Below, piece after piece: positions 18,104 through 28,500 of a stretch of DNA of 64,000 nt (the first letter of the stretch is position 1; each line of letters begins with the position of its first letter). Made by a program: the position numbers and the translations under genes. Origin of the DNA: Patescibacteria group bacterium (GTDB lineage: Bacteria > Patescibacteriota > Patescibacteriia > UBA10025 > JAHIVO01); the NCBI GenBank assembly GCA_041650915.1, contig JBAZKE010000001.1, positions 187,284-251,283 on the forward strand, read 5' to 3'. Under the pieces are notes generated by a model that was not told the DNA's origin, did no database searches, and saw nothing but the letters and a program-made list of their open reading frames with translations.

Positions 18104-19429
18104 TTAACGCCTTTTTTGAAGAAGCATGGTTATAGGGGTGCCGGTGAACCCGACCTGGCTGCGAATTCTTTTCTCGAGCAGGTTGAGGTACGCCGGGTTG
18201 ATTCTGTCCGGCCGTTTTACGGTGAGCGTGAACGTGGGCGGAGCAGTTTCTGCCTGTTGCAAGCTGAGGAGGGTTGCATTTTTTTTCCCCTTTGCAGGCT
18301 TGCCCACTTTAAGAGGAGTTGCTGCCAGGATCGCGTCGAGCGTTTCTTGGGGCACAATTTTATTCCGTTCCCGGACTACCTCGATTGCCTTCTGCAGCAG
18401 CTTTCCCACCCGGATTTTTTTCAGCGCCGAAACGAATTCGAGCGGCGCCCAGCCGAGGGAGGGGAAATAACGGCCGTAGGATTTCCGTATGCTCCGCATC
18501 GCCTCTTCTGTTTTTTCTTCAGCGAGGTCCCATTTGTTTGCGATGATGATGATGCTGTTTCGCTCGCGGAGCGCAATTTCGGCGATTGCCTGATCTTGGC
18601 TCGAGAGCGGTTCTGAAACGTCGGTTACGAGCAGCGAAATTGCAGACCGCTTGATTGCGTGGAGGGTACGCTCCACGCTCTCGCGTTCGAGCGGATCCGC
18701 CTTTCCTCTCTTTTTTCGCATGCCCGCAGTGTCGACGAGCTTAAAATTGCTGCCGCGGTACGTGAAGGGGATATCATTTGGTTCTCTCGTCGTATGGGGG
18801 ATTGGCGTAACGAGTACACGCTCTTGTCCGAGGATTGCATTGAGGAGTGAAGACTTCCCTACATTTGTTTTTCCGATGATTGAGAGTATGATGTCGGTCG
18901 GCTTTTCCATGACCTTCCTGCGGGGGAGTTCCGCAACAACTGCGTCGAGGAGGTCGCCCGTTCCGATGCCTGAGACGGCGGAAACGTAGAACAGGGGCCC
19001 GAGGCCGAGCTTGGAAAAATCAGGGGAAGCTTGCCTGCGCAGCTCGGGACTGTCGAGCTTGTTGAGCACGACGAGTTTCTTGAGGTTGGAATTTTGTTTG
19101 AGTGTACGCGCGATCGTTCTGTCTTTGCCCGTCAGTTCTGTCCGCCCGTCAATGACGAAGAGGGCTAGGTCTGCTCTGCTGATCGCCCTGTACGCGTGAT
19201 CCTGTACGTACCGTTCGATTTCGCCGAGCCGTGCGGCATCGAGCCCTCCGGTATCGATAAGCTCGAATGTGGTACCCCTCCATTCAATTGTTGCGTAATT
19301 TAAATCACGAGTCGTTCCGGGAGTACTCGATACGATCGCCCTCGTTGCATCTGAGAGCGTATTGAATAGTGTTGACTTGCCAGCGTTGATCCGCCCTACG
19401 AGGACCACCTTTGGAATGCGTTTGCCCAT
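18104..19429 (-). CDS. der: Ribosome-associated GTPase Der/EngA
   Basis: 441 aa. Two tandem GTPase domains (GRINAGKSTLFN...DTGG and GKTNVGKSSLLN...DTAG) plus a C-terminal KH-like domain. Confidence 0.9.
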   Translation of the reverse strand: MGKRIPKVVLVGRINAGKSTLFNTLSDATRAIVSSTPGTTRDLNYATIEWRGTTFELIDTGGLDAARLGEIERYVQDHAYRAISRADLALFVIDGRTELTGKDRTIARTLKQNSNLKKLVVLNKLDSPELRRQASPDFSKLGLGPLFYVSAVSGIGTGDLLDAVVAELPRRKVMEKPTDIILSIIGKTNVGKSSLLNAILGQERVLVTPIPHTTREPNDIPFTYRGSNFKLVDTAGMRKKRGKADPLERESVERTLHAIKRSAISLLVTDVSEPLSSQDQAIAEIALRERNSIIIIANKWDLAEEKTEEAMRSIRKSYGRYFPSLGWAPLEFVSALKKIRVGKLLQKAIEVVRERNKIVPQETLDAILAATPLKVGKPAKGKKNATLLSLQQAETAPPTFTLTVKRPDRINPAYLNLLEKRIRSQVGFTGTPITMLLQKRR

Positions 19430-19440
19430 ACGGTTTTTCT

Positions 19441-20958
19441 TTAGCTGGTTGCGGCAGGTTTGCTGCTGAGCTGTGGATCGGCGGTAAAATCCGTGCCGAG
19501 AATGATCAGAATATCGATTTCCTCACCCGTTGCATTGATATTTGCACTATTGATAGGGCTTGCGATGGTTTCATAGCTCACATCGCTGTTGACCATGAAG
19601 GCGGGAAGCGTTGGCGAGATCGGCGCTTGCAGGTAGTTTTTCAAGCTTACGACCGTATAAGGCTTTACGCCGCCTGAGAGATCGTAAATTGTCGTCGTTG
19701 TCACCTCTTGCTCGAGGTTCGCGTTGCCTACCTTCACAACATTATAGTGGAGGTCTAAGAGCTGCTCGGCGGTTTCGCTTGCCAGGCCAGCCTGTGCGGT
19801 ACTGTTCTGGATCTCGATGCGGGCGCCTTCTCGCATGAGATAGCTTGCATTGAATATATTTTCCGCACGGTATTGGATTTCACTGTAGTCACCGGCTACT
19901 GGCTGCAGTATGTACGCTCCGTCGACGGTTGTTTCTGAGAACAGGAGCCCCCCCTCGCTCGTATCAAGCACTTCGGTGATGAGCATATCGCCCGTCGTGT
20001 CCTTGATAATGTTCGCGAGCCGGAGTATCTCCCAGACTTCAAGGTTAGTCTTATTGTGCTCGCCGAGCGATTCGAGCGCATCAATGAGGCTCGACGGATT
20101 GAGCAGCGTTTTGAGGGACAGTGACTTTTCTTTCAGCGCGAGCAGGACTTTCTGCTGGCGCTGGGAGCGGGCAAAATCAGATCCCTCACCGTTTGTGCCG
20201 TGCCGTGATCGGACGAACTGGAGCGCGGTCTCACCGTCCATCACATTCAGGCCCTCATCAAAGGAAATCGTTTGGAAACCGTAATTGTAATCAGGGTATT
20301 CGTAGTCGGTGAAGCTCTGATCGACATTTACTTTAATGCCGCCGAGATCGTCGATCGCCTTGCGGAATCCTTCGAAATCTATTCTCGCGTAGTAGTGGAT
20401 CGGCTGATCCACAACGGTGTTGACGACTTGAGCGAGCAGCGCTTCCCCGCCGCCCGGATAATCCGAATTCATGCCGAACGCGAGAGCGTTATTTATTTTA
20501 CGCCAGCCGAACTCGGGAATCTCGACGTAAAGGTCGCGGGGTATCGACATCATCGCCACCTCGCCTGTCGACGGTTTGATACTCGCGAAGATTATCGTAT
20601 CGGCGAGGTATGCCCCGTCATGGCCTGCTCCGCCGATGCCCGCGAGGAGGATGTTGATGCGGTCGTCAGCTTCGCCGCGGAGCTCTTTATCGGGGTTGGC
20701 TACGAGGTGCCTGATCTGTTCAAAGAAGCCGACCTTCTTTCCCGATGCGTCATTTGTGCTGTTGATGGCCAAGACAACCTTGGTCAGCAAGCCAATGCTG
20801 ATGATCAGTGCGATAGCAAAAATAACAATCGTCGTTCGCCATATCCACGACGTCTTTTTCTTTGGTTTTGTTTCTCCGCCTGACGGTCCGTGAGCTGGTC
20901 CTTCGGCAGGTTCAGGAATGGAAATTTTTCCTTCCTTAGTCTTGATCAAATTTGGCAT
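19441..20958 (-). CDS. LytR-CpsA-Psr (LCP) family cell-envelope phosphotransferase
   Basis: 505 aa. N-terminal TM anchor, then LCP domain motifs (INILLAGIGGAGHDGAYLADTIIFASI, SIPRDLYVEIPEFGWRKINNALAFG, VRSRH). Confidence 0.75.
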   Translation of the reverse strand: MPNLIKTKEGKISIPEPAEGPAHGPSGGETKPKKKTSWIWRTTIVIFAIALIISIGLLTKVVLAINSTNDASGKKVGFFEQIRHLVANPDKELRGEADDRINILLAGIGGAGHDGAYLADTIIFASIKPSTGEVAMMSIPRDLYVEIPEFGWRKINNALAFGMNSDYPGGGEALLAQVVNTVVDQPIHYYARIDFEGFRKAIDDLGGIKVNVDQSFTDYEYPDYNYGFQTISFDEGLNVMDGETALQFVRSRHGTNGEGSDFARSQRQQKVLLALKEKSLSLKTLLNPSSLIDALESLGEHNKTNLEVWEILRLANIIKDTTGDMLITEVLDTSEGGLLFSETTVDGAYILQPVAGDYSEIQYRAENIFNASYLMREGARIEIQNSTAQAGLASETAEQLLDLHYNVVKVGNANLEQEVTTTTIYDLSGGVKPYTVVSLKNYLQAPISPTLPAFMVNSDVSYETIASPINSANINATGEEIDILIILGTDFTADPQLSSKPAATS

Positions 20959-21143
20959 ACAGTGCGTTCATTATAATAGAAAAGGCGCGTTCAGTCAAAG
21001 GTTATTGCGGAAATATCGTACTTCTCAGCACAGCTGAAACCGAGCCGTCAGGTTCAACCAGTAGTACGTGCTCACTGCGCATACTTTTTCGCTTCGGTTT
21101 GTTGTGCGGCGGTACGTAGTGGTGGTACAATGCAGCTACCATA

Positions 21144-21871
21144 TGCGTTCAACAGTTATACTTCCGACGTACAACGAGCGTGAAAACCTTCGGGAAATCG
21201 TAGAGAAAGTTTTATCGCAAGGCATCCAGGATTTAAGCATTCTGGTCGTCGATGACGATTCCCCGGACGGCACCGGGAACATTGCCGATGAGCTCGCGAT
21301 GTCATATCCTGCGGTGAGCGTTCTGCACCGTCCGCATAAAGAAGGGCTCGGGAGAGCTTACATCGCAGGCTTCCGCCGCACGCTTGAGGATCCGAGCGTG
21401 GAACTAATTTTTGAAATGGATGCCGATCACTCGCACCAGCCGAAGTATCTGCCGCTGCTGATTGAAGCAGCAGCTGGAGCCGATGTCGTGTTGGGATCCC
21501 GGTACATGGAGGGCGGTGGCGTTCAGAACTGGGGCGCCTTCAGGCGGTTCATCAGCTGGTTTGCCAACACAACGATTCGGTGGATTCTCGGCGTGCCGAT
21601 CAGGGACCTCACCGGAGGCTTCAAGTGTTTTCACCGGCGGGTTCTTGAGGCGCTTGATCTCGATCGCGTGGCTTCGAGAGGCTACAATTTTCAGATCGAG
21701 ATGACGTACGAGGTCTACATCCGTGGCTATACGGTCCGCGAGATTCCGATCGTGTTTATTGAGCGCCGGGCGGGCAGCTCAAAGTTCAGCATCATGATCA
21801 TGCTCGAGAGCTTCGTGCAGGTGCTCCTCCTCAGATTCAGGCAGCGCATCCGCCGGAACGGAGGGAAGTAG
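21144..21871 (+). CDS. GT2 family glycosyltransferase (polyprenyl-phosphate mannosyl/glucosyltransferase-like)
   Basis: 'VILPTYNERENL', 'VVDDDSPDGT' and an 'EMDAD' DxD region typical of Dpm1/GtrB-like GT2 enzymes. The ATG at 21144 is chosen over the upstream in-frame start at 21068. Confidence 0.8.
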
Positions 21872-21896
21872 CACGGCAATGCAGGGCAGATTGCCT

Positions 21897-21925
21897 TTGA
21901 CTTTTCCTTTTTTTAGTGCTATAAT
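21897..21925 (+). promoter_or_regulatory. Sigma70-like promoter upstream of the tRNA-Val pair
   Basis: TTGACT, a 17-nt spacer, then TATAAT (21897-21902 and 21920-21925), about 80 bp upstream of tRNA-Val. Confidence 0.5.
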
Positions 21926-22002
21926 TTTGCTATTGCGTTTATTTTATATTGATTTTATTGAGCGAAATACTGTTGTACATTTTCCCCACGGAACGCGTGT
22001 GT

Positions 22003-22076
22003 GGGCGAGTAGCTCAGTTGGTTAGAGCGTACGATTCACATTCGTAAGGTCATAGGTTCGACTCCTATCTCGCCCA
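22003..22076 (+). tRNA. tRNA-Val (CAC)
   Basis: gggcgagtagctcagttggttagagcgtacgattCACattcgtaaggtcataggttcgactcctatctcgccca. Canonical cloverleaf, CCA not encoded. Confidence 0.8.
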
Positions 22077-22110
22077 TGGAAAAATTGGCAGTAATTTCAT
22101 AAAAAACCGG

Positions 22111-22187
22111 GGGCGGTTAGCTCAGCTGGCTAGAGCGTCTGCTCGACACGCAGGAGGTCAGTGGTTCGAGTCCACTACCGCCCACCA
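22111..22187 (+). tRNA. tRNA-Val (GAC)
   Basis: gggcggttagctcagctggctagagcgtctgctcGACacgcaggaggtcagtggttcgagtccactaccgcccaCCA. The anticodon loop is tcGACac and CCA is encoded. Confidence 0.7.
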
Positions 22188-22202
22188 TTGTATCCGATAT
22201 CT

Positions 22203-22856
22203 ATGAGACTATCATTTGGGCGCGGTGAAACCCGCGACAGGAAGATTCAAGAAGAGAAGAGGCTGCAGCGCGCTTCAGACGTGCCTGCATTTGCCGAGTC
22301 TCCGAAGAAGTTCATCTTCGAGCTTCTCAAGATCGTACTCATCGCCCTCGCGGTGATCATCCCCGTCCGCTACTTCTTGTTCCAGCCTTTCTACGTGCGG
22401 GGGGCGTCGATGGAGCCGTCATTCCATGATAATGAATATCTGATCATCGATGAGATTACGTATCGGTTTGCAGACCCGCAGCGCGGAGAGGTGGTCGTGG
22501 TCAAGAATCCGGACCGCACCTCGGAGTTTTTTATCAAACGCATCATCGGTTTGCCCGGCGAGACAATTGAGGTAAAAAACGGCGACGTGGTAATTTTTAA
22601 TTCGAGCAAGCCGCTCGGCTTCATTCTTGAAGAACCGTATCTTTCTGAGGAAGTCGTCACGAGAGGCGGGCAACGCACGACACTCGGGCCGGACCAGTAC
22701 TTCGTCATGGGTGATAACCGGTCAGTGAGCCTGGACTCGAGAACCTTCGGCCCGCTTAATTCGTCCTTTATCGTCGGCCGGGCGTGGCTCAGAGTGTGGC
22801 CGTTTGAAGAATTTGAACACTTTACCCCGCCAGCCTATAACTTAAACGGAGCATAG
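22203..22856 (+). CDS. lepB: Signal peptidase I
   Basis: TM anchor, then the catalytic Ser box 'RGASMEP', 'KRIIGLPGE' and 'GDNRSVSLDSR' boxes. The six-frame ORF start at 22161 overlaps the tRNA, so the ATG at 22203 is preferred. Confidence 0.85.
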   Translation: MRLSFGRGETRDRKIQEEKRLQRASDVPAFAESPKKFIFELLKIVLIALAVIIPVRYFLFQPFYVRGASMEPSFHDNEYLIIDEITYRFADPQRGEVVVVKNPDRTSEFFIKRIIGLPGETIEVKNGDVVIFNSSKPLGFILEEPYLSEEVVTRGGQRTTLGPDQYFVMGDNRSVSLDSRTFGPLNSSFIVGRAWLRVWPFEEFEHFTPPAYNLNGA

Positions 22857-22857
22857 T

Positions 22858-24237
22858 ATGCCAAAGAAGCCAGAAGAAAGAGCAAAGAAGCAGCCCCAGC
22901 TCTTGCGGGGTATGAGGGATATATTGCCTGAGGACCAGCCGTACTGGAATTTTATCCGTACGCGCGTTGCGAGCGTTGCGTCGGCATACAGCTTTGGCCG
23001 CATTGACTGCCCGATACTCGAGGAAGCGTCTCTCTTTATCCGGTCAGTCGGAAAAGATACTGATATCGTCGAGAAAGAAATGTATACCTTTGAAGAAAAG
23101 AGCGGCACCCCGGTCACGATGCGCCCGGAGGGTACGGCAAGCATCTGCCGTGCCTATATCGAGCACGGCATGCTCAACCGGCCCCAGCCGGTGAAGCTAT
23201 ACTACGTTGGGCCTTTTTTTCGGTACGATCGGCCGCAAGCCGGCAGATACCGGCAGTTCTACCAGTTCGGGTTTGAGGCACTCGGTGACGACCATGCGGT
23301 ACTCGATGCCCAGATTATGATGCTCGCGTACAATTTATATGCGGAGGCTGGCATACCCGTTTCGCTGCAGGTGAACAGCATTGGGCATCCTGAGTGCCGA
23401 GATGGTTATCGGAAAGCGCTCGTAGATTACTACCGGACACGGAAGAATGCGCTCTGTGAAGAGTGCAAGCGCCGGCTCCTCAAGAATCCATTGCGGCTCT
23501 TGGACTGCAAGGAGCCGGACTGCCAGGTGCTCGCGCAGGATGCGCCGCAAACCGTTGACTACCTGTGCGAGGATTGCAATAAGCATTTCGTGACCGTTCT
23601 GGAGCACCTTGATGAGCTCGATATTTCGTACGTGCTTAATACGAGGCTTGTGCGGGGGCTCGACTACTATTCGGGTACCGTTTTTGAGCTGTGGCCGGAA
23701 ACGAGTGAGGCGGGTGAGAACCAGGTGAAGGCATCATCCCAGTCAGCGCTCGGCGGCGGCGGCCGGTACGATTATCTCATTGAGTCGCTCGGCGGCCAGC
23801 CGACACCGGCGATCGGATTTTCAGGAGGCATTGAGCGGATGATCGTCGAGCTCAAGCGGCGGCAGAGCGATATTGGGAAGGGGCCATTGCCCGATATCTT
23901 CGTGGCGCAGCTCGGGGATGCCGCACGCAAAAAATCACTCAAGCTCTTCGAAGACTTGCGCCGTTCCAGCTTTAAGGTCGCCGAGAGTTTTTCCAAAGAC
24001 GGCCTCAAGCCGCAGATGGAGATGGCGCACAAGCTGGGCGCAAAATTTGCACTTATACTCGGGCAGAAGGAGATCATGGACGATACGATACTCATCAGAG
24101 ACATGGAGAGCGGCATTCAGGAAACCGTACATTACGCGAAGGCAAGTGAAGAGATAAAACGCCGCCTCGAGAAGTATATGGTTGTTCATAGGGACAGGGT
24201 ACAGGAGCAAGAGCAAACCAAGGAACATAATGGGTAG
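22858..24237 (+). CDS. hisS: Histidyl-tRNA synthetase
   Basis: 459 aa. Class II aaRS motifs (LRGMRDILPE, RYDRPQAGRYRQFYQ, GGGRYDYLIE) and a C-terminal anticodon-binding domain. Carries an insertion with Cys pairs CEEC...CKEPDC...CEDC. Confidence 0.9.
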   Translation: MPKKPEERAKKQPQLLRGMRDILPEDQPYWNFIRTRVASVASAYSFGRIDCPILEEASLFIRSVGKDTDIVEKEMYTFEEKSGTPVTMRPEGTASICRAYIEHGMLNRPQPVKLYYVGPFFRYDRPQAGRYRQFYQFGFEALGDDHAVLDAQIMMLAYNLYAEAGIPVSLQVNSIGHPECRDGYRKALVDYYRTRKNALCEECKRRLLKNPLRLLDCKEPDCQVLAQDAPQTVDYLCEDCNKHFVTVLEHLDELDISYVLNTRLVRGLDYYSGTVFELWPETSEAGENQVKASSQSALGGGGRYDYLIESLGGQPTPAIGFSGGIERMIVELKRRQSDIGKGPLPDIFVAQLGDAARKKSLKLFEDLRRSSFKVAESFSKDGLKPQMEMAHKLGAKFALILGQKEIMDDTILIRDMESGIQETVHYAKASEEIKRRLEKYMVVHRDRVQEQEQTKEHNG

Positions 24238-24571
24238 CTGTATTTTTTGCAGTATCATCAAGGGCGAGGTAGCGTCTGAGATCGTTTATGAGTCAGACGA
24301 GTTCATCGTGATCAAAGATATCGCGCCGAAGGCGCCCGTACACCTGCTGTTGATGCCGAAACGCCACATTGAGACGCTCAATGATATGCGGAGTTCAGAC
24401 AGCGCGCTGCTCGGAGCCATGCACTATAAGGCTATTCAGCTTGCTGCCCGGTTTGGAATTGCAGAGAGTGGGTATAAAATCATCACGAATACCGGGGCAG
24501 ATGGCGGACAGGTAGTCAAGCATGTGCACATTCACCTGCTCGGCGGTAAAAAATTATCAGGGGAAGTATAG
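24230..24571 (+). CDS. HIT-family (histidine triad) nucleotide hydrolase
   Basis: 'CIFCSII', then 'HVHIHLLGG' histidine triad. The ATG at 24230 overlaps the hisS stop by 8 bp. Confidence 0.8.
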   Translation: MGSCIFCSIIKGEVASEIVYESDEFIVIKDIAPKAPVHLLLMPKRHIETLNDMRSSDSALLGAMHYKAIQLAARFGIAESGYKIITNTGADGGQVVKHVHIHLLGGKKLSGEV

Positions 24572-24632
24572 AGGGGGGGGGGGCAACAAGCCTGCCGCGG
24601 CAAGGAACCTTATTTTCCAGGCTTTTTAAGTT

Positions 24633-24660
24633 TTGCATCAAGTTTGACATTCGGTATAAT
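24633..24660 (+). promoter_or_regulatory. Sigma70-like promoter upstream of rpsU
   Basis: TTGCAT (24633-38), a 16-nt spacer, then TATAAT (24655-60). A GGGAGGTG RBS precedes the GTG start at 24744. Confidence 0.5.
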
Positions 24661-24743
24661 CGCGTGTTATATTAAATAAGCAATTTGACAGTCGGTATGA
24701 GGTTTCATTCATTCATTAATCCAATTAGGGAGGTGAATTTTTT

Positions 24744-25031
24744 GTGGTCGAAGTAAAGAAACGGGAAGGCGAGTCACCTGAGAGTCTGGTACGGCGGTTT
24801 ACGAAGAAGGTGCAGGCGAGCGGTGTTCTGATTCGGGCAAAGCGCGGGAGGTACCGGGCACCGAAGAAGAGTAAGTTGCAGCTCAAGCAGGAGGCCACGA
24901 GGCGGAAGCAAATCAGGGATAAGAAAGAATTCCTGCGCAAGATTGGCAAGCTCGACGATTTTATTGATCCAAAGCGGCCGAACAAACGGGGGACGATGAA
25001 GAAGCTCTTGCAGGCACGGGTAAAAAAGTAA
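24744..25031 (+). CDS. rpsU: 30S ribosomal protein S21
   Basis: 95 aa basic protein. 'ESPESLVRRFTKKVQASGVLIRAKRGRYRAPKKSK' matches the S21 family pattern. GTG start. Confidence 0.8.
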   Translation: MVEVKKREGESPESLVRRFTKKVQASGVLIRAKRGRYRAPKKSKLQLKQEATRRKQIRDKKEFLRKIGKLDDFIDPKRPNKRGTMKKLLQARVKK

Positions 25032-25054
25032 GGTGACGCATCTTTATCCGCCAG

Positions 25055-25504
25055 ATGACTACATTTGAAAAAATTGAAGTCGATATTCAGAAGGCTCAGA
25101 CAGCCCGCGATGTGTTGACGCTGTCAGTGCTGCGACTCGTGAAGAGTGCACTGCATAATTTTGCAATTGAAAAGAGGAAAAAAGATACCGGACTGAGTGA
25201 AGAAGATACGATTGCCGTCCTCGGCACTCAGGCAAAGCAGCGTAAAGATTCAATCGCAGCGTACGAGAAGGGCGGGCGCTCTGATCTCGCCGAGAAAGAA
25301 AAAAATGAGCTGGCAATCATCAGCCGGTACTTGCCCCCCCAGCTGCCGGATGAGGAGATCAAAAAAGTTGTTCATAGAGTTGTGGAGAGTGTTGGCGCTG
25401 GTGCCGATAGCTTCGGCGCGGTTATGGGCAGGTCCATGGCCGAGCTCAAGGGCAGGGCGGACGGCGCTGCCGTTTCTCGCATCGTAAAGGAAGTGCTGGG
25501 TTAG
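25055..25504 (+). CDS. yqeY: GatB/YqeY domain protein
   Basis: 149 aa. The 'LSVLRLVKSAL...' YqeY/GatB C-terminal domain pattern, commonly encoded next to rpsU. Confidence 0.75.
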   Translation: MTTFEKIEVDIQKAQTARDVLTLSVLRLVKSALHNFAIEKRKKDTGLSEEDTIAVLGTQAKQRKDSIAAYEKGGRSDLAEKEKNELAIISRYLPPQLPDEEIKKVVHRVVESVGAGADSFGAVMGRSMAELKGRADGAAVSRIVKEVLG

Positions 25505-25580
25505 GCTCGCGCTTAGCAATGAGTGCGGTCGGCGGTTATAAAGACTGACATGATCACGAATGAGTCTTTGAGCACACGCA

Positions 25581-28500
25581 ATGGGTATAGAGAATAAAAA
25601 AAGTTTTCTCCGTGGATTTTCGGCAAGCCTCATCGTTGGCGCGTTTCTGCTGCTGCCGCTCTTTTTTGGCATGAGTAACCCGGTCCACGCGCAGGCTGGC
25701 GTTTCCGGCGAGCTCGGCGCAACATTCGGGCTCGGCACTGCCGACCTCATGTCAACCGTGATCAGCATAGTCCAGTGGTTTCTCGGCTTCCTCGGCCTCA
25801 TTGCCGTCATCATGATCCTGTACGGCGGATTCCTATGGATGACTGCCCGCGGTGATGTGGCGCGGATCGACAAGGCGAAGAAAGTCATCCAGCGGGCGAT
25901 TATTGGGCTCATTATCGTCCTGCTCTCGTGGTCTATCGTAACGTTTATATATAAGGTAGTTAGCGACGCGACAAGTACCCCGCCGCTGCCCGCACACTGC
26001 TCAGATGGCATCCAGAATTTCGATGAAACCGGCGTTGACTGCGGCGGCGTTGACTGCTTGCCGTGCGGGCATATCTTGCCGACCGACGATTTTGAGTGGG
26101 ATGAGAATGAGACATCCTTTGCATCAGGCGGAGACTATGCAACAGACGTAAACCGCTGCAGCCGCATCCAAGCGCTCTTCAACCACAATGTTGACCAGGC
26201 GAGCGTTGATGCGCTCTGGGCGCCTGACAATTCCGGTGAAATATTCGTTGAAGGCTTTACGCCGGTAGGCAGCGTCGAGTGGGTGACCTCCGGGAAGATG
26301 CTCACCTTCAAGCATGATGACGATCTGCTGGGATCGGATCTCGGGCCTGTCGGGTACCGCCTCTGGATGCCGAAAGCGGTTCGGGATACGGATGGATCCG
26401 GCATACTGCTCGAGACCATTTCTACTGGTGTTTCCGGCGAGGGCACCAATCCGCATGGCGGCGGCACGCCGAATGATGCGTTCTATTGGGATTTCCAGAC
26501 CGGCACCGAGATTGACGATGTCATGCCGACTATTACCGATACGTATCCAATATCTGATCTGGCGAGCCCGTGGTATCCGGACCAGAGTGTTGTCCGCGCT
26601 CCCGAAATCGAGATCAGTTTCAATGAGGCGATTGATGCAACGACGATCTATGGGGCGGGTGGGCACCCGATCGCGGGAAATTTTGTGCTCGAGGAGCTCG
26701 CGAGCTTCGGCGGTGCGGTCGTCGGAACGGTACCCGATGCAAATCTCGGGGTAGAGATGATGGCGCAGGGCTTCCGTATCCGGATGGTACCGCCAAATCT
26801 CCTCGAGTCCTGGACATGGTACCGGATCACGATTGATCATATCGAAGACCTCTGCGGCAATCCGATGCCAGGCCCATACGTGTGGGAGTTCCAGACGACC
26901 GACCTCGCACCGGGCGTTTCCGGGTACTACCCGACCGGTTCGAGCGAGTGCCCCGATGTTATTCCCACGATCGTATTCAATACGCAGATGTTCAGTGACC
27001 TTGTCCACATTGAAATAAACGGCTCAGACGGATCGCAATACATCGCTGAAATGCGCCCCTCTAATATTAATCCCGCATCCAATCCGAATTTTATACTTGG
27101 GACGCTGCCTGGCTCCCCGAATATGGGGTACCTGCAGGTGGCCGACCATGCCATGCCGGTTGATAATCGGTTCCGTGTTTTTGAATTCCATCCATCTGAT
27201 ATCGTTTATAATCCTGTCCCCTTGAGCACAAACACAACGTATACCGTCGATGTGACGACTGATAAGCTCATCGATGTTTCCACATACCTGTCGCAGAGCT
27301 GGTCGTTTACTACGGCCGATGCAGCTTCGTGCACCTGTGCGCCGTTTATCACGAGCATAAGCCCGAATGCCGGCCCCCGGGGAGAGTGCATCACGGTACA
27401 TGGGCCGTGCTTCCAGGGCACTCCCGCCAATCCCGCGTCGATTACCAGTTTTACTTTCGTTGATCCTTATGATGGTATCCCTGGCGTTACGACCGCAACG
27501 CCGGACGGTTCAGGGCCGACGTACGTCGCGACCACGCTTCCGCTCGCGTTCAACGACGGAGATTTTGCGCGGCCCCAGATCGAAATTACCTACGATCCGC
27601 CGTCTTCGTTCGGTACCGTGGCGAGCAGCAACGCGAGCGTGGATTACTACGTAGCGACGCCTGATACCGCAACCGGTCCGTGCCTGTTTGGTATTAATCC
27701 GTCATCGGGTTACCACGGAACCGGCGTTAGCCTGACGGGCACCCGCTTCAATCCGACGAGTTCGCTCAAGCGGGTGAATTTCACAGGCGATTTCCAGACC
27801 CTGACGAGCTGGTACGATGATTGGGCAACGACGACCGTACCGGGCGGCGCGGCGTACGGCATCAACCAGGTCAGTATTGAGAATGATGCCGGCCCGAGCA
27901 ATAAAGTTCCTTTTGAAGTGTCTACCATCCCTCCCAACGAGCCGGTCGTCATCAACCACTACCCGATCTGCCAGGACGTGTGCCCCACTGCGCAGGTCGG
28001 CGGTACCATCAGCCTCAACGTGACCGCCAGCATGCTGTACGGCCCGGCGAGTACTGTCCGGCTGTACGAGTGCACGGATGCTACCTGTGCTTCACTGACC
28101 TTCGTTCCGGCAGCTGACGTGGTGTTTACAACTTCTCTTATCGGGGGCAATACCGATTTCAGCATAAACCACAGCACGGGATGGGCGGTGGATACGAACT
28201 ACCGCGTAGTCCTTACGAACGCGATCCAGAGCAGCACGGGGGGTTACCTCTCAACCGTCAACTATACCGATCCGTTTTCCGGTGAGCTCGCGTACTCGTG
28301 GACCTTTAAGACGAAGCCCGATGCCGCAGGGTGCGTTATGGAGACCGTTGAAACAATTCCACCGACGGCCTCCGAGCCGGTTGGAGTGCATATTGATTAC
28401 GTAGCGAACGCGCGGACCGCACCGGACTCGTGCGATCCGTCTGGCCAAATCCTCAATGCAAATCTTTTCACCTGGACTTGGGCTGTTGACGATCCGCTCA

